Positions 9,929 through 24,639 of a stretch of 64,000 nt of DNA are shown here, piece by piece. The notes below the pieces were generated by a model, which was given only the letters and a program-made list of their open reading frames with translations, had not been told where the DNA came from and ran no database searches. The position numbers and the translations under genes are program-made. How positions within the stretch are numbered: the stretch's first letter is position 1; every line of letters starts with the position of its first letter. This DNA comes from Eledone cirrhosa (lineage: Eukaryota), in NCBI GenBank assembly GCA_964016885.1, contig OZ024746.1:21266001-21330000 (forward strand), read 5' to 3'.

Positions 9929-12900
9929 ATATATATATACACATACATATAAGGGATGCATATATGTACTTGCAAGTTTTATTTATTTCCTGCAAGGTTT
10001 CATTCAATATATCATGTGATCAGTGACTCATCACTGCCTGCTTCATATATCACATCTATCAGTACAAACAAAAAAATTATATGATTGTCAATAAAAATCT
10101 GTTGAGTGATTGTGTGTGTGTGTGTGTGTGGGCGCGCGCGTGCGTGTGTAATTAGTGAAGTAGGCCTAACCATATTTTCTGTTGCAAGTCATTCAATTTT
10201 AATTGATTAAAAGTACACCTTTAGTGATGAGAACAATCATTTTTTAAATTATTAGTTCTGGTAAAAATTTGGTTTAATTAAAATCAATCAATTAGAGAAT
10301 ACTGTGTTTATATATATATATATATATTGTATTTTATATTATATTATATATATATTATATTGTATGATATTATATTATATATTATATGTATATTATATAT
10401 ATTTATTATATATGCAGTGATATGAATATTTAACAAATAAGTGAATGCATTAAAGCATGCATATATATCTATACATAATCACACATATGTACACATAATT
10501 TTGAATGAAAAATCTCAACACATATATACAAATACCAATATATATGTGTGTGTGTGTTTGTGACCCATTCTAGTGTGGAAAATGGATGTTAAACCATGAT
10601 GAGGATAATATATATATGTAAAATCCCGACTGTGGTACCAAGACAAGGTGGACCACTAATCAAGGTAGTACTCTCTGCATGGAAAGGAGAAAAGGTGGTA
10701 TAAAGGAAGGTATAAGCCTGATGGCGATGCCTAGCAGTTTGTGGCTAACTACATACAATGTGTAATTTTTATAAATCCAGAATGTTGTTTACTATTGTTG
10801 TGATTCTTTCTTTATCTCTCTTTCTCCCACTCTCTCTCACACTCTTTGTTGATCCTTCTGTAGCTCTTACTACTGTCTCAACTACAACCTACAACCTTCC
10901 CATTAAGTTTCTTTCCCTTCTTTTGTAATTTGACCACTGACCTGGTTGCTTCACTTTGTTTAGTCTCTTTGTCTATTATCCTTATTACTTCCAGAGCCAT
11001 TGCTGGAACTAACTAGTATTAATCCCTGTATTCCTCCTATGATTACCTATATTTGTGTGTAGCAATTTTTCTGTCCCATATCAGCTTGTAAATATGTTGT
11101 CTTGTTTTCCTGTCCAATGACTCGAAAAACACTGACCTATCATCTTCTTGTCCAGTATCAGTTGTGTTTTCCTCCAAAATAGCTGTCTTACTTTTAGAGA
11201 TTATTAATGTACTGGACGAATATTCCAGTGTTTAATGCTTCCAAACTATGTCTCTCTGAGTCTCTCAGAAGTTAACTGATGAGTGAGAACTGTCAATTTG
11301 TCAAACTTTTCTGAGTTTTCTGTATCTTATATAGGTCCTACATGTTACTTTCTATATATATAATTAAGGAGGGTGTGATGACTTCATATAAATGAAGCAA
11401 TTCTAGTCCTATAGAAGTTATTTCTATAAAAAACTAAATAAATATGTGTGTGTGTGTGTGTGTGAGTATATGTGTGTGTATATAAATGTGTGTGTGTGTG
11501 TGTATATATATCTATTTATACAGTGGAAAGATATATATATATATTGGACAAAACCTGTTGTTTATGACTAAACGATGGCTCCAATGTATATATTTCCAGA
11601 TTTATTCAGCTTGTTAACAACAAAGCCTGTAAGTAAAATGCATGTTCTATCTATTTTAAGCAAGATGTGACTGCTATTTCTAGTAAATCAAGTGACTCTT
11701 TAGACACCCTAGCTGGTTCAAAGGTGTGGTGAAAATTAACAAATTATTTTTTTAGCTTGGAGTTTTGAGTTCACTTAGACTTAGTTTAGACAACACATTT
11801 TACCATATAAGGAGTACTAGTTTTTGTCAGCACCATCTTCGATTCAACACATTAATCATCATCATCATTATCATCGTCATCATAACCGTTTGATGTATAT
11901 TTTCCACGCTAGCATGGGTTAGATGGGTTGCCCTGTTGTGAGACAAGTCAGATCAGATGACTGTGTCTTGTTCATTCAGAACTGTTTCTGGCATGGTTTC
12001 TACAGATGGAGGTCCTTTCTAATATTTTAAACATTTCTGAAATATTAATAATGATGTCTCCAGAAGGTGTCAAGGCCTGGTCACAATCTAATGACTGTAA
12101 CTGGTAAAAATAAAAGAATATTTCTTCCTTTGTTATATATCACATTTGTTTATTTCATTCTCAAATTGTCCAGAAATTGAACCAATGACACTACAATCAC
12201 ATCTCAAACATCCTAGCCTTTAAGTCCATGTACCTTCACTACTTTACTTATCAGACACCCTATTTCTATAGAGTATTTCTAATGTTAAATATCTCTATAT
12301 GTAAGTGATCAAGACTAAGTTTTAATATCTTACTTAAATATCAGTTCTAGTATGATGACTATTGTCAGTAGTGGTGGTCAGTTTGTGAATTGATAATTTC
12401 CATAAACTAATTGCCACACACACACATATATATGCACACACACAGTTACACATATATTATGCATACACTGGGAAGTTATGGACTGGGAATTTTATGATAA
12501 ACATTATCTCAGAGAAATAGAGATAACATATACACCACAGATATATCTTGTGAATAGAAAATAATGTGTGTATGCTCTAATGTCTGTATTTGCAAGTATG
12601 TTTGTGATAAATGAGTATTTTTATAAGTGTTTCTATGTTCATATATGTTTGTATGCCTATATGTATGTAGTTTTATGTTGATATATCTGTATGAACCTAT
12701 ATGTGTGCATGCAACGAAATGTATGTGTGGGTATCTGCATTAATTTGTATTTCTTTATACGTTAGACTATCTACATGAATTTACTGAGTATCCTGAGGGA
12801 TACAAGAAACTAACAATATCTAACTCACAGTTCATATAATTTTCATAGCTTCCACCTAATCTTCCATCATATCTTATTGTTCGATGACATCAATCGGATT

Positions 12901-13027
12901 AGATAAGTACAGCCATATGTGACTAAATATATAATGAACAAATATAAAAGCTCGAATTCTGTTAGAAATAAAGCTCCTAGGTCCAAATTTTGGCCACAGA
13001 TTGGAGCTGCTCATCAAACCACCTCTA

Positions 13028-13228
13028 TATGAGGGCCAGCTGAAAAGTTCATAGACTGACCAAGATACTCTCATGGAATGACGAAATGAGCTTTATTTTT
13101 CAACATAGTCCCTGGAAAGAACAATGCAGTTATCAATAAGAAGAGCTAAAATTAATGCAAAACAGATTTTACAGCTCTAGCATCACTCCTTCATAGTTAG
13201 TCTATGAACTTTTCAGCTGACCCTCTTA
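13028..13228. mobile_element. Mariner-type MITE
   Basis: ~30 bp TIRs GAGGGCCAGCTGAAAAGTTCATAGACTGAC / GTTAGTCTATGAACTTTTCAGCTGACCCTC; TA flanks; second copy at 37562-37732. Confidence 0.8.
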
Positions 13229-14898
13229 AGTGCAGAGAGTTAAAAATAAAGTGATGTGAAATGAGGATAATAGATGTAGATTTTAATGGTACTTGAATAT
13301 TTCCTGTTGTAACCTGTATCTAAAGACCAAGCTTTGTAGTACTGACTGATTCTATTCATGCAGCTGTAACCATATTTGAATTAACAGTACTATAAAAAGA
13401 AACTAATAGGATTTGCTGAAACTAACTTTATCACCATTTAGTGAGTATAAAACTTTCAAAAGTGGAATAAATTGGTTTACTGTAAGAACGAAGAAACTTC
13501 TAGCATCTCAGGCAGTAAGGGATGTTTTCTGGATCTATGTAGCTTGGGGAACTTTCACTATAGTAGAAATCACATAAGAAATAGAAGGATAAATCTATCT
13601 GTGGCTATTCTTCCTGGTGACATATTCAAAGTTTTATTTTTTATTAAGAATTTTTCATATTTTTTTATTTGTTCTTTGTTTGTTTTTTTGTTGTTGTTTT
13701 TTTCAGTTTGGTTTGGAGCTATAAGTTTTTCTATTGCCTCTGGCTATATAACACTAAAAATGTTTATATTTACTTTAAAGAATTTCCATGATAATATTTT
13801 ATAAAAACATTTGTTATGTTATGTTCTAAACACCAGTTGAATAATGAGAAAATTAAGTTATTTTATAAAAACAGGGTACAGCAAAAGTAGTGCCCTATTT
13901 TTCATATATTAACTTTTATTGTAAGAAAATAAATTGCAGTAATTTAAAAACATTTTTTCGTTCATAAATAAAAAAGGGTGTTACTTGTGTTGCGGTCAGT
14001 ACATACGATATTTGAAAATCATAGGAAGTGTTTTTCATTAGAATTTTGTTAATGAAAGGGTTAATGCTACAAAATTTTCACCAACATTAGAATAAGTATG
14101 TTGGTTATTCATGTATTTTGGCAGTACTAGTAAAATATTAAATGCATCTATATATATATTGCTCTTGTGATTTTATTTTACATCTGCACAGACCAACCAA
14201 AACATGTGTATGACATATTAAGGTGAACACCATTGACAGGTGATAAGCTCTTGACAGATTTATCGTGTGTGTGGTTTCAGGTTGTTTTGAATAAGGCATG
14301 TGGCTTAATAGTTGGATACACAATCCGAAGTTTGTGAGTTTCATTCCTGGACTGGGTGATGTGTTATGTATGTCTTTGAGCAAGACACTTTATTTCATGT
14401 TGCTCTTTCTACCAGGAGTTATGACCAGTAAATATTTTCATCAATGGAAAGACCAATGGAAACATTGTTTTCTTGGTTCAATTTGACGAATTCTACCTCA
14501 CTTGATAAGCAAATAAGGTCTGAGACTTTGTTAATCATTAAAAAAAAAAATGAATAACCTATAGAAAAAATATACCAGACCAGACTGAAATGCCTTATAT
14601 AAATATTACATGAAGATGAAACTTTTCATGGATATGCTATATTGACATTAAGGATTACAGGAGATTTATTGTGTACATATATGTACATTTTCCCACTTCT
14701 GTTTCTTCATCCTCATTCTCCTCATTATCTTTCTCCTTTTTCTTCTCCCTATTAACCAATGACTCAGCTATTGTACACAAGCTGTGATAAAAGAGAAACA
14801 TACAGCAGCAAGCAACAACAGTTTATAGATTAGCATCAATTTGACTATTTGAAATAGAGAAACAACTATGTGGTGGATAAATGGTGACTCATAGGGAT

Positions 14899-14930
<32 letters not shown>

Positions 14931-14938
14931 TATAAATA

Positions 14939-15022
<84 letters not shown>

Positions 15023-15108
15023 TATTCATACAGACATAACTTCATCATCATATATTTATGTCAAACCCTTGCTAGCAGGGAAAGTGGATATTAAAACGAC
15101 AAAGATTA

Positions 15109-15143
<35 letters not shown>

Positions 15144-15232
15144 GAAAAATTTGAACAGGGACAGAACAGAGAGGCAGTACAATAAATGTTTATTAAATTC
15201 ACGCTCAGGAGAGTGGGGGGTAGGTGGGGGAC

Positions 15233-15272
<40 letters not shown>

Positions 15273-15539
15273 TTATTTATACACACACACACAACAACAA
15301 CATTTTTCTACATATATGTTTCTCTTCCACTTTGTTTACTATTTCAGAATAGTCAAATTAATGTGAATCAATAAAGTATTGTGGTTTGTTTTACTTGTCT
15401 TCTTTATAGCAGCTTGTCTACAATAGATGAGTCATTGACTGCCAGAAAGACCAGATATCATACTGAATATCATATCTCTTGGTAGCTACAACAATTCTAC
15501 TTTCTTATGTGTCATCCTGCACATATGAGAAACCAGAAA

Positions 15540-15573
<34 letters not shown>

Positions 15574-15740
15574 TATAATATATTAACAAATGGAAACTAT
15601 ATTTATAAAACCATATTTATTTCATTATACATATTTCAATAATTTGTTGAATGCTTTATATCAGTTATAAAAAAATTTGCTTGTTGTATCCCAACAAATT
15701 AAATATAACTTCTACATATATATATATATATATATATATA

Positions 15741-15965
15741 TCATCATCGTCGTCATTTTACGTCTGCTTTTCCCTGCTTGCAAGGGTTGGATGGGTCCTA
15801 TTCAGCACAGCATCTCTCCACTTGTCACAGCTTGTCACAGTCCTTCGTCATTTCCTCCGTGAGTTTCAGTGATCTGAGGTCTGCTTTCACCACCTCCACC
15901 CATGTTTTTCGTGGTCTACCTCTACTGCGTCTTCATTCTACTGGGATTTCTTGGCACTTCTTTAC

Positions 15966-15967
<2 letters not shown>
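15741..15967 (-). mobile_element. RTE 3' stub (paralog at 677-853)
   Basis: Minus strand encodes RGRPRKTWVEVVKADLRSL; GAC/GAT tail; TA flanks. Confidence 0.8.
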
Positions 15968-16012
<45 letters not shown>

Positions 16013-16183
16013 CACAGTAGCATATGCAGATACTTAAGTTTCATTGGGTTATTACTCCAACTCGTTCAGTATACCATATAACTAGACACACACACATATT
16101 TATATATATATAAGTTTATTCCGGGTTGAATCGGCGGTAACCACAGTAAGTAAAGTACTCAATACATAGCAGAGTATAAATGT

Positions 16184-16306
16184 TTTAATATAGGAAATCT
16201 TCTTCAGGACTAGAACTGTTTCATTCGTGAGAAATCATCAGGAAGCTCCTGGTGATTTTTCATGAATGAAACAGTTCTAGTCCTGTAGAAGCTCTTCTAT
16301 ATTAAA
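16184..16306. repeat. Palindromic dimer of a Penelope-type terminal motif
   Basis: ~58 bp inverted arms around AAGCT; each arm carries CTG(A/G)TGA..GAAAC..GTC. Confidence 0.65.
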
Positions 16307-18105
16307 TATATATATATATAATTGAAAAGTAAATATGCTAAAGCAATTTATAAAATAGGTTTCACAATTCCCTGCAGGCCAATAATCAGACTACTCTGCT
16401 TATACATTGACCTGAGGGTAGCATATAGGCAGAATCAGTGGAGCAACAGGCAAAATGATTTGCTAACTTCTGAGTTCAAATCCCACTGTGGTCAGCTTTG
16501 ACTTTTATTCTTCTGTTTGACTTTCTCCTTCCTGAAAATTGTTGGCTTTGTGCCCAAAATCTCATTGATACATGTAGACCTTCAAGGATTTTAGTCAAAA
16601 GGTAAGAGAAGGGCACATTCATGGGAGGAATGGAAGTGAATTGTAGCCAGTGATGTATAAGAATATCTGATAGTCTGGTCGATTTAAAAAAAATCTAAGT
16701 TGCATATATCTGATAACCAGTTGGAAAGAAGAAAAGATGTCTGTTAACAAATTCTTCTTTTTAACCGCTTATTAAATTTTATTCTGTCACCGCTGTCCAT
16801 TTACTTTAAGTAATAAGATTACTGCAGAGTTTGTTAGCTTTAACAATTATAATGTTTGTTACTATTTTTGTAGCTAAAAACTTTCTTACATTTTTGGTTT
16901 GCATCCAACATGACACTTCTGATATTCCTTAATACTATATCAATTCTTTTTTTTTTTGTTCATTGTCTGTTCCTGCCAACATTTTCTTTTCTACTTTTCT
17001 ACTTATCCCTGTCTTATCACTTATCATGTACATCTCTTCTGTATGTCTACTTTTTCAAATTTATATGTTGTTCTTCATCTTTCTCGATGCTCTGATCAGT
17101 CCTTTACCATATTCATCAATCCATCTTTTACTTTATCTTCTCCCTTCCTGAGTTTGTGGCATCATAGTATTTACCTAATAACTTTTTCTTTTCATTCATG
17201 TCTGATAACCAAAGATTGTCTCCAGTTATATTGGTGTGTTCTAGATGGTAATGTATGCTATGGACCTGTAACTTCTGAGGAGTCATAGGGGCACCATATT
17301 GACATATGGCTTTTCTAGGGCATTTGTTAAACCTGGCAGAGCCCATCTCCTCTCCAGGCCAGAATACAGTAGATTTCTTCCAGAGAAGGATATAAAGAGT
17401 GAGAGAATGGGAATGAGAAAGAGATATAGAGGAAGAATCAACCCCAGTACTAGACTGGTACTTTTCTATCGTCGATGTATGGATGAAAGGCAAAGTTGAC
17501 CGCGGCGGGATTTGAACGCAGAAAGCCAGAATGAATACCAAAGCATTCTATCCGACATAAAGCAGAGCTTTGAGTAAAAAGTGGCATGAATAATCTTGAG
17601 ATACTTCTTCGGTTATTTTATTTTCCACTTCAGTTACTGTGTTCTTTTTCTTGTGAAAATGAATATTAGTCTTTGTTTTTATTTATTATTTTATTGAAGA
17701 ATAGCAGTCTACATAACATTTAATTGATTTCCCCATCCCCCCAAATTGTTGGCCTTGTGCCTAAATCAGAAACTATTGTTAATGTTGATGAATCCCACAT
17801 GTTTTTCCTCGTCTCCTCATTCTTGCTTCATTTCCTCTTCCTGTCATTATGTGAAACACTTCACATGGTTCTTCATTCTTTCTCTCTTGTTAAGTAGTCT
17901 TAAATGTTTCCCCCTTCACATTTTCCTAAAGACAATGACCATCCACAGATGTTCAGGCTCAACACATCAATTGTATCACTCTCACAAGTTCAGATGCACT
18001 GTGTATGTGCAAATGTCATAGGAGTTGTCATTCCTCTGTTTATCTCAGAAAATACAAACAAAACAAAACAAAACAAACAAATAAACAAGTAATGTTTAAT
18101 GCTAC

Positions 18106-18198
<93 letters not shown>

Positions 18199-18460
18199 AA
18201 TGTAAACAAAAATAACAAAGCAAACAACACAGCACAATAAAAAAAATATTAGTTTAAAGCTTGATATAGTAGGAAAAGAGAATTAACGTTTTGGACACAA
18301 GTCCTTCAACAGAATATAGAATGAGAAATAAAGGATGAAATAGAGAAACAGAGAGTGGGAAGAGAAAGGAATGAAAAACAAACTTTTTGAGGGAAAAAAA
18401 AATATATATATATCATCATCATCATCATCATTATCGTTTTTATGTCCGTTTTTCCATGCT

Positions 18461-18494
<34 letters not shown>

Positions 18495-19872
18495 GTGAGT
18501 CAGCATGAGTTATGAAGAGAGAAAAGCTTCACAATTGCTGGATATTGTTGAGATGAATAAAATCCAATTTTACTCCCATATATTGATTAGATTTATGGAT
18601 AACGTGATGCCCTATAACTTTCTATAACAAATTCATTCTCACATGAATGTCATATATTGACCTCATGCATGAATCAGGGAATATACATTGTTATTGGCAA
18701 CCAATAGTTACTGTATTATTCATTATAATACGTTCAGAGATAGAGTGGGATTTAATTAGGACTTATTAAAAATTTAATCTCATGTAAACTGCATTGTACC
18801 ATGTATATACTTCAAATTTTATTTCAATATGATTCAATTAATTTAATATTATTTGTAGCACAATATATTAGGGAGTCAGTCAGTACTTATCACATTGAAG
18901 TTAATTGAAGTCTGTTCTAAGCTGAATTCTTGTCTGGCCAGTGCTTATCTCTGGTTTCTTTGGTGCTAAGCATCTAAGAATACCAGACTTTCCTTGGACA
19001 AGAGGCCAGTTTATCAGAGGATTAATTGCCTAGCTACTGCTGGTACTCACTCTCAAGCAAATCATTAGGATATGCGGTTTCATATGGTGCTATTGATTCA
19101 ATATATGTTCCATTGCTGTGCCTTACTTACTCTCCTAATACTTTTAATAAATGCGTTGATATCACAACATCAATTTACTCCTCACCTAAAAGGTTCAGCG
19201 ATTATGTTTTATAGAAGACAAAGAATTAAACACTTAAGATTACTTGTTCTAATACATTAGCAGCATATTATAGCAACTTTGATTTAGAAGCAGATCTGGG
19301 TTGTGTTTGTATAACATAGCATCACTTGTTAAGATATAATAACATTTGTTGTGAGAGTATTACAGAGTAACATATTAAAAGAAAAAATAACAATTGGATG
19401 TTTCTTTAACCCTGTTCCAATTTTCTATTAAAACAGCTTCATTTCTCTTGTTTAGTTAATTTCCTAGGTAAGTCCAAGAATGTTACAATCCTTAAAATAC
19501 CGTTTCCTACACTTTAGAAGGGCTAATCTAATTACAAGTACTGTATTCTTCCCTGTATTGTGGGCACGTGTGTATAATGTGCACCCCTTTTTGACCAGAA
19601 AAATGTCTGGAAAAGCCTAGTTAGTGTTACAATAATTTTGAGGGAAGACACTATTTGAGTTGCAACAAGTAGATTCCTCTAGGTATCTAGAAAAATGTCT
19701 CTTTTAACAATTTCCAATTCCACCAGAACTGATTCTGTTTTAAAATACTTTGGTTTCAAGTGTTAATCACATATTGAAGTTGATGCAATCAAAGATACCT
19801 ACTTCTGTTCTCAAAACTAACTACAGACATAATAATGGCAATTTGAATATTTTTCTGTGTACAAATAAAATA

Positions 19873-20555
19873 ATTGTTTCTACTTTTTGGCACAAGGCCA
19901 GCAATTATCCCAGTATATTACTGATACTTTATTTTATCGACCCCGTAAGGATGAAAGGCAAAGTTAACCTCGGCGGGATTTGAACTCAGATCGTAAAGGG
20001 ATGTAACTAAATTATATAATTGTTTCTATTTTAGGCACAAGGCCAGCAGTTACCCAGTACATTACTGGTACTTTATTTTATCGACCCCATAAGGATGAAA
20101 GGCAAAGTTAACCTCGGCGGGATTTGAACTCAGACTGTAAAGGGACGTAATTATGCTAGAAAGCATGGCGTCCAACCCTCTACTGATACTGCCAATCCAC
20201 CGCCCTTAACTAAATAAAATAATGAAATGTATTTAGATTTGTTTATGTGTTCATAGCTGTAGGTATCTAATTATACCTACATTAAATGTATCTTAGATTT
20301 TCTAATATGCCCTGTATCGTGCTTAAATATTTATTATTATATTGATGACAAGAGTGATGGATTGGCATTATCAGTAGAGCATTGGACAACATGCTTTGCA
20401 GAATAGTTATGGACCTTTACATTCAGAGTTCAAATTCTGATAAGGATAGCTTTGCTTTTCATCCTTATGGGGTCAATAAAAATAAAGCACCAGTAATGCA
20501 TTGTGGTCAATTTAATTGACTTCCCCTCCCCAAAATTGTTGAATTAGAAATCATT
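19873..20555. mobile_element. Meta-domain-like SINE cluster: two minus copies (19873-20205) and one plus copy (~20355-20555)
   Basis: Family motifs; outer TSD AAATAAAATAAT flanking the minus pair. Confidence 0.8.
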
Positions 20556-21142
20556 ATATTGACGACAACATTTTTCTGAATAACTTATATCTAATACTTC
20601 AAGCTAGTTCAGGTCATGTGATTTGGGCATATATGAACAATTGTTTAAACAACTGAATGGAAATGGAGACAGAGTTGCTGAGGGCAAAAATGTAGTGAAT
20701 ATAGTTAAGATTGACGCCATGATCACATGATCATGTTATTAGTACACCAGCATCTTAACTATAACAATGACCATGGATTTGCACCTAGAAAGTTCCCCTT
20801 CCAAGACACAAGTCTGGGCAAGGTTGTTTGTGAAAGACCAGCAATTGTCCATGGATACCAGTCTCCCCTCTTCATACCACAAATGCTGTCCAAGGGAAAG
20901 GCCAATGCAGCTTGGTACCAGTAACATTGCAGCTTATTTCTATAGCTGAGTGAATTGGAGCAGCGTGAAATAAAGTGTCTTGCTCAAGGGCACAGCACAT
21001 CACTTGGTTTTGGAATTGAACTAGCAAATCTAAGCCCAAAGCTCTAACCATTAAGTCATGAGGGAAAGATGTAGCTGTCTAGTTTTTCTTATGCAAGTGT
21101 GCATCTTCTACTGATACTATATATATATATATATGTATACAT

Positions 21143-21545
21143 ATGCTTAGTGGTTAGAGCATTGGCCTTGCAATCGAAAGGTTGTGAGTTCAATTCTCAG
21201 ACCGGGTGATGTGTTGTTCCCTTGAGAAAGACACTTTATTTCACACTATTCCAGTTTACTCAGCTGTAGAATGAGATGATAGGGACTGCGGTCCCTATTA
21301 TTCCACTGCAAAGTGGTCGTGGAGGTGCCACGGCAAAAAAAGCACCCAGCCGATACTGTAAAGTGGATGTGTAGGCGCCATGGAAAAAAAGCACCCAGCA
21401 CTCACTGTAAATGAGGTTGGTGTTAGGAAGGGCATCGAGCTGTAGAAATCAAGTCAGAATCTCTTCCCGTCCCACCCTTGCAACCTGGGAAAAGCAGACG
21501 TAAAATGATGACAACGACGACGACGACGACGACGACGATGATGAT
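21143..21545 (+). mobile_element. Second copy of the CORE-type SINE with RTE tail
   Basis: Near-identical head to 8003-8353; tail has one more 46 bp unit; GAC/GAT tail followed by (TA)n. Confidence 0.85.
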
Positions 21546-21748
21546 ATATATATATATATATATAGCAAAAGTATATATTGAGTTAAAAAACTCACATTTA
21601 GTCCCTTATAATCAAAGTAGCTCAAGGAAAAAATTTTCCAAGCCTAATAATACCATAAAGAGAGACAAACACAGATATATACATACATGCATTCAAATCC
21701 CTTGTGATTTGAATGCATGTATGTATATATCTGTGCTCATCTCTCTTT

Positions 21749-21809
<61 letters not shown>

Positions 21810-22933
21810 ATAATAGTACAATAAACATGTATTTTAAATAGGTAAATATGATAATATTAATTCTTTGAACATGCTTTAGTTAAGCTTCGTACATTATTTG
21901 TTTTAGAGGTATTAAATAGATATCTAACTCTATCATTACTTGGATTAGAACTAACACTAATCCAGAGAATGCTGAGTAATATTTTCTTTACATAGGTTTA
22001 TTCTTTTATGTTTATCATTTATTTTTACATGCATTTTGAAGAGATGAAGAGTATATTATCACAAATTTATCTTTTCATTTTAAATCCCATCATAATCGTT
22101 TTCTGAAAATAGAGAAGTTGCTATGCAGTATAGCATTCATTTAGTCACTTACTACAGTTAATAGATGGTTATATATTGATTTTTTTTTCTGATTACGTAT
22201 ATCATCATCATCATAATTTATCGTCTATTTTTTTCCCTGCTAGCTAGGGGTAATTTTATTTTCGTTTAGACATGAAGTATAGGCAACTGAATTGATCCCA
22301 GTACATTATTGATTTCTATTTTATCAATAGAAAGATAAAAAGAGAAAATTCAGATCCTTTAAAATATGAATGCAGAATCAAGAATACCATCAATAAAAAC
22401 TGTAAATGATTTACTCTAGCAGTAAATGGCACAGATCACCCCTATTACATATTGTCACAGATCATGTTACATTCATCAGTTGTCTGGTATTGTCCTCATT
22501 TGTTCCGATTACAGTTTTCAGAAAGAAACAATATACAAAATTTTAATTATTTAAAGTTTTGAGAAAACCCCATTGACTTTTTTTTAGGTAGTTTTGTTGT
22601 TGTTCTCATTTGCCACTGATGATTAATAAATTCCCAGTTATCAATAATTAACTATCACTATTGCCATTGTTATAGTTGTTATTGTTTTGTTGAGTCATTT
22701 TTCTTCTTGTTAAGTCTGAGGGAGTAGAATTAGACTTGATGTATCAGATATCTAGTGAACAACTCATAGGTTCAAAACAATCAATATGGCTTATGATTTG
22801 GTCAACATCCCAGTGTATTATTATTATTATTATTACTATTATTATTATTATCATCATCATCAGGTATTGTTTGCACTCAGCTAGTTGCATCTATGAATCA
22901 TTCTAATATTATTGATAGTTAAGTACAAGTATG

Positions 22934-23140
22934 AACATGATGGACTTTCAATATCTTCCATGATGGCTGTTAGGTCATAAACATGGTGAATTTTCAATAT
23001 CTTCCATGGTGACTGGTAAGTCATAAACATGATGGGTGTTTACTTCCTTCCATGATCACTGGTAGGTCATAAACACAGTGGTTGTTTAGTTCCTTCCATG
23101 TTGACTGGTAGTCCCTTTCCATGATAGCTAGTAGGTCATG
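22934..23140. repeat. Degenerate ~46 bp tandem repeat, ~4 copies
   Basis: AAACATG..CTTCCATG..GGTAGGTCAT recurring. Confidence 0.75.
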
Positions 23141-24244
23141 GCAATATATGAACTCAGAATACAAGAATTGAAACAAATGCCATAAAGACTGGCATGCTAA
23201 CTATTCTCTAAGTTCACCACTATAGACTGGTACTTTATTTATCAACCTTAAAAGAATGGAAGGCAAAATTGTCTTAAGTGGGATTTGAACTCAGAAAGCA
23301 AAAAGTCTGAATAAATGTTTGTCCAATGATTCAAATGCTACTGCTAAATTGCTGCCTACGAGAGCATAACTGATATTTGTTATATGATTGAAAAATTATA
23401 TTGTGATAAACATGATTGAGCATTCAATTTGTAGGCAATCAAGTTCTTTATTCATGCTGTATTAATTAATATTCTAATTTTAAACTTCTGCTGTTAAATG
23501 TACAAATTAGGTAAAAATATCAACCAACATGTACTTTACTCATGGTCTTCTTCTTCTTCTTCTTCTCCTTCTTCTTCTTCTTCTTCTCCTTCTCCTCCTT
23601 CTTCTTGAATATTGTTATTACATCTAGTTAAATTTGCCATCAGTAGTCTTTCTCTTTTATCGTTTTTAAATTTATCATAGATAAAATTTGAAACACCCAG
23701 TCCAGCCTGTAAAGTGGTCATATTGATGCCACAACAAAAAGTGCCTAGTCCAGACTATGAATATGGTTGGCATTATGAAGGACATTCAGCTGTAGAAACC
23801 AAGCCTGACAACAGATCTGTATGAGCAAGCGTGGTCATCTGATCTGATATGTCTCACAATGGAACAACTCATTTAACCCATGCTAGCATGGAAAATGGAC
23901 GTTAAATGGTGATGATGATGATGATAAAAGTTGTCAATCTTAAGAATTAAGAGCTTTCATAATTGATTGGCTTAACACCAAGAAATACTAACAAGAGTTG
24001 TCAACATCTCAGATACTGAACTTCAATATCTTTAATTGATTTACTAACTATAAGTAGCTGGCCCGTCACAGGCAGGACACATATTTTTATATATCTTATT
24101 TCATATCCTATCTTTGATAACCTTCCATAGCAACAATCACACATCTTTCTTTTCTGTGATATAGATGGTATTTTTTCAAATGATCTTATGTATTATTTCT
24201 TCTATCGCATATGTTCAAGATTTTAACCATTTTATGCTTTTATA

Positions 24245-24639
24245 TACACCTCTCAAAGACAATGACACACGACCGTGACTTCTGGCGTCATGCAGTAATA
24301 CAGGGTACCCGACCTCCCATGGGTACATGCTGAAGCATGTAAACAATATGCCCCCACTCCCCCCACCGCAAGGTGGTCGTGGAGGTGCCACGGCAAAAAA
24401 AGCACCCAGCCCACACTGTAAAGTGGACGTGTAGGCGCCACGAAAAAGCACCCAGCACTCACTGTAAATGAGGTTGGTGTTAGGAAGGGCATCCAGCTGT
24501 AGAAATCAAGCCAGATCAGTTCCTGTATGAGCAAGGCATGGTCAGCCGACCAGACACTGCCCACAACAGGACAACCCGTCTAACCCATGCTAGCGTGGTA
24601 GAACGGACGTAAAACGGTGACGATGATGATGATGATGAT
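24245..24639 (+). mobile_element. Short 3' fragment of RTE family A
   Basis: Matches ORF end + 3' UTR + (GAT)n tail; TA at both flanks; inverted relative to the full-length copy ~315 bp downstream. Confidence 0.92.
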
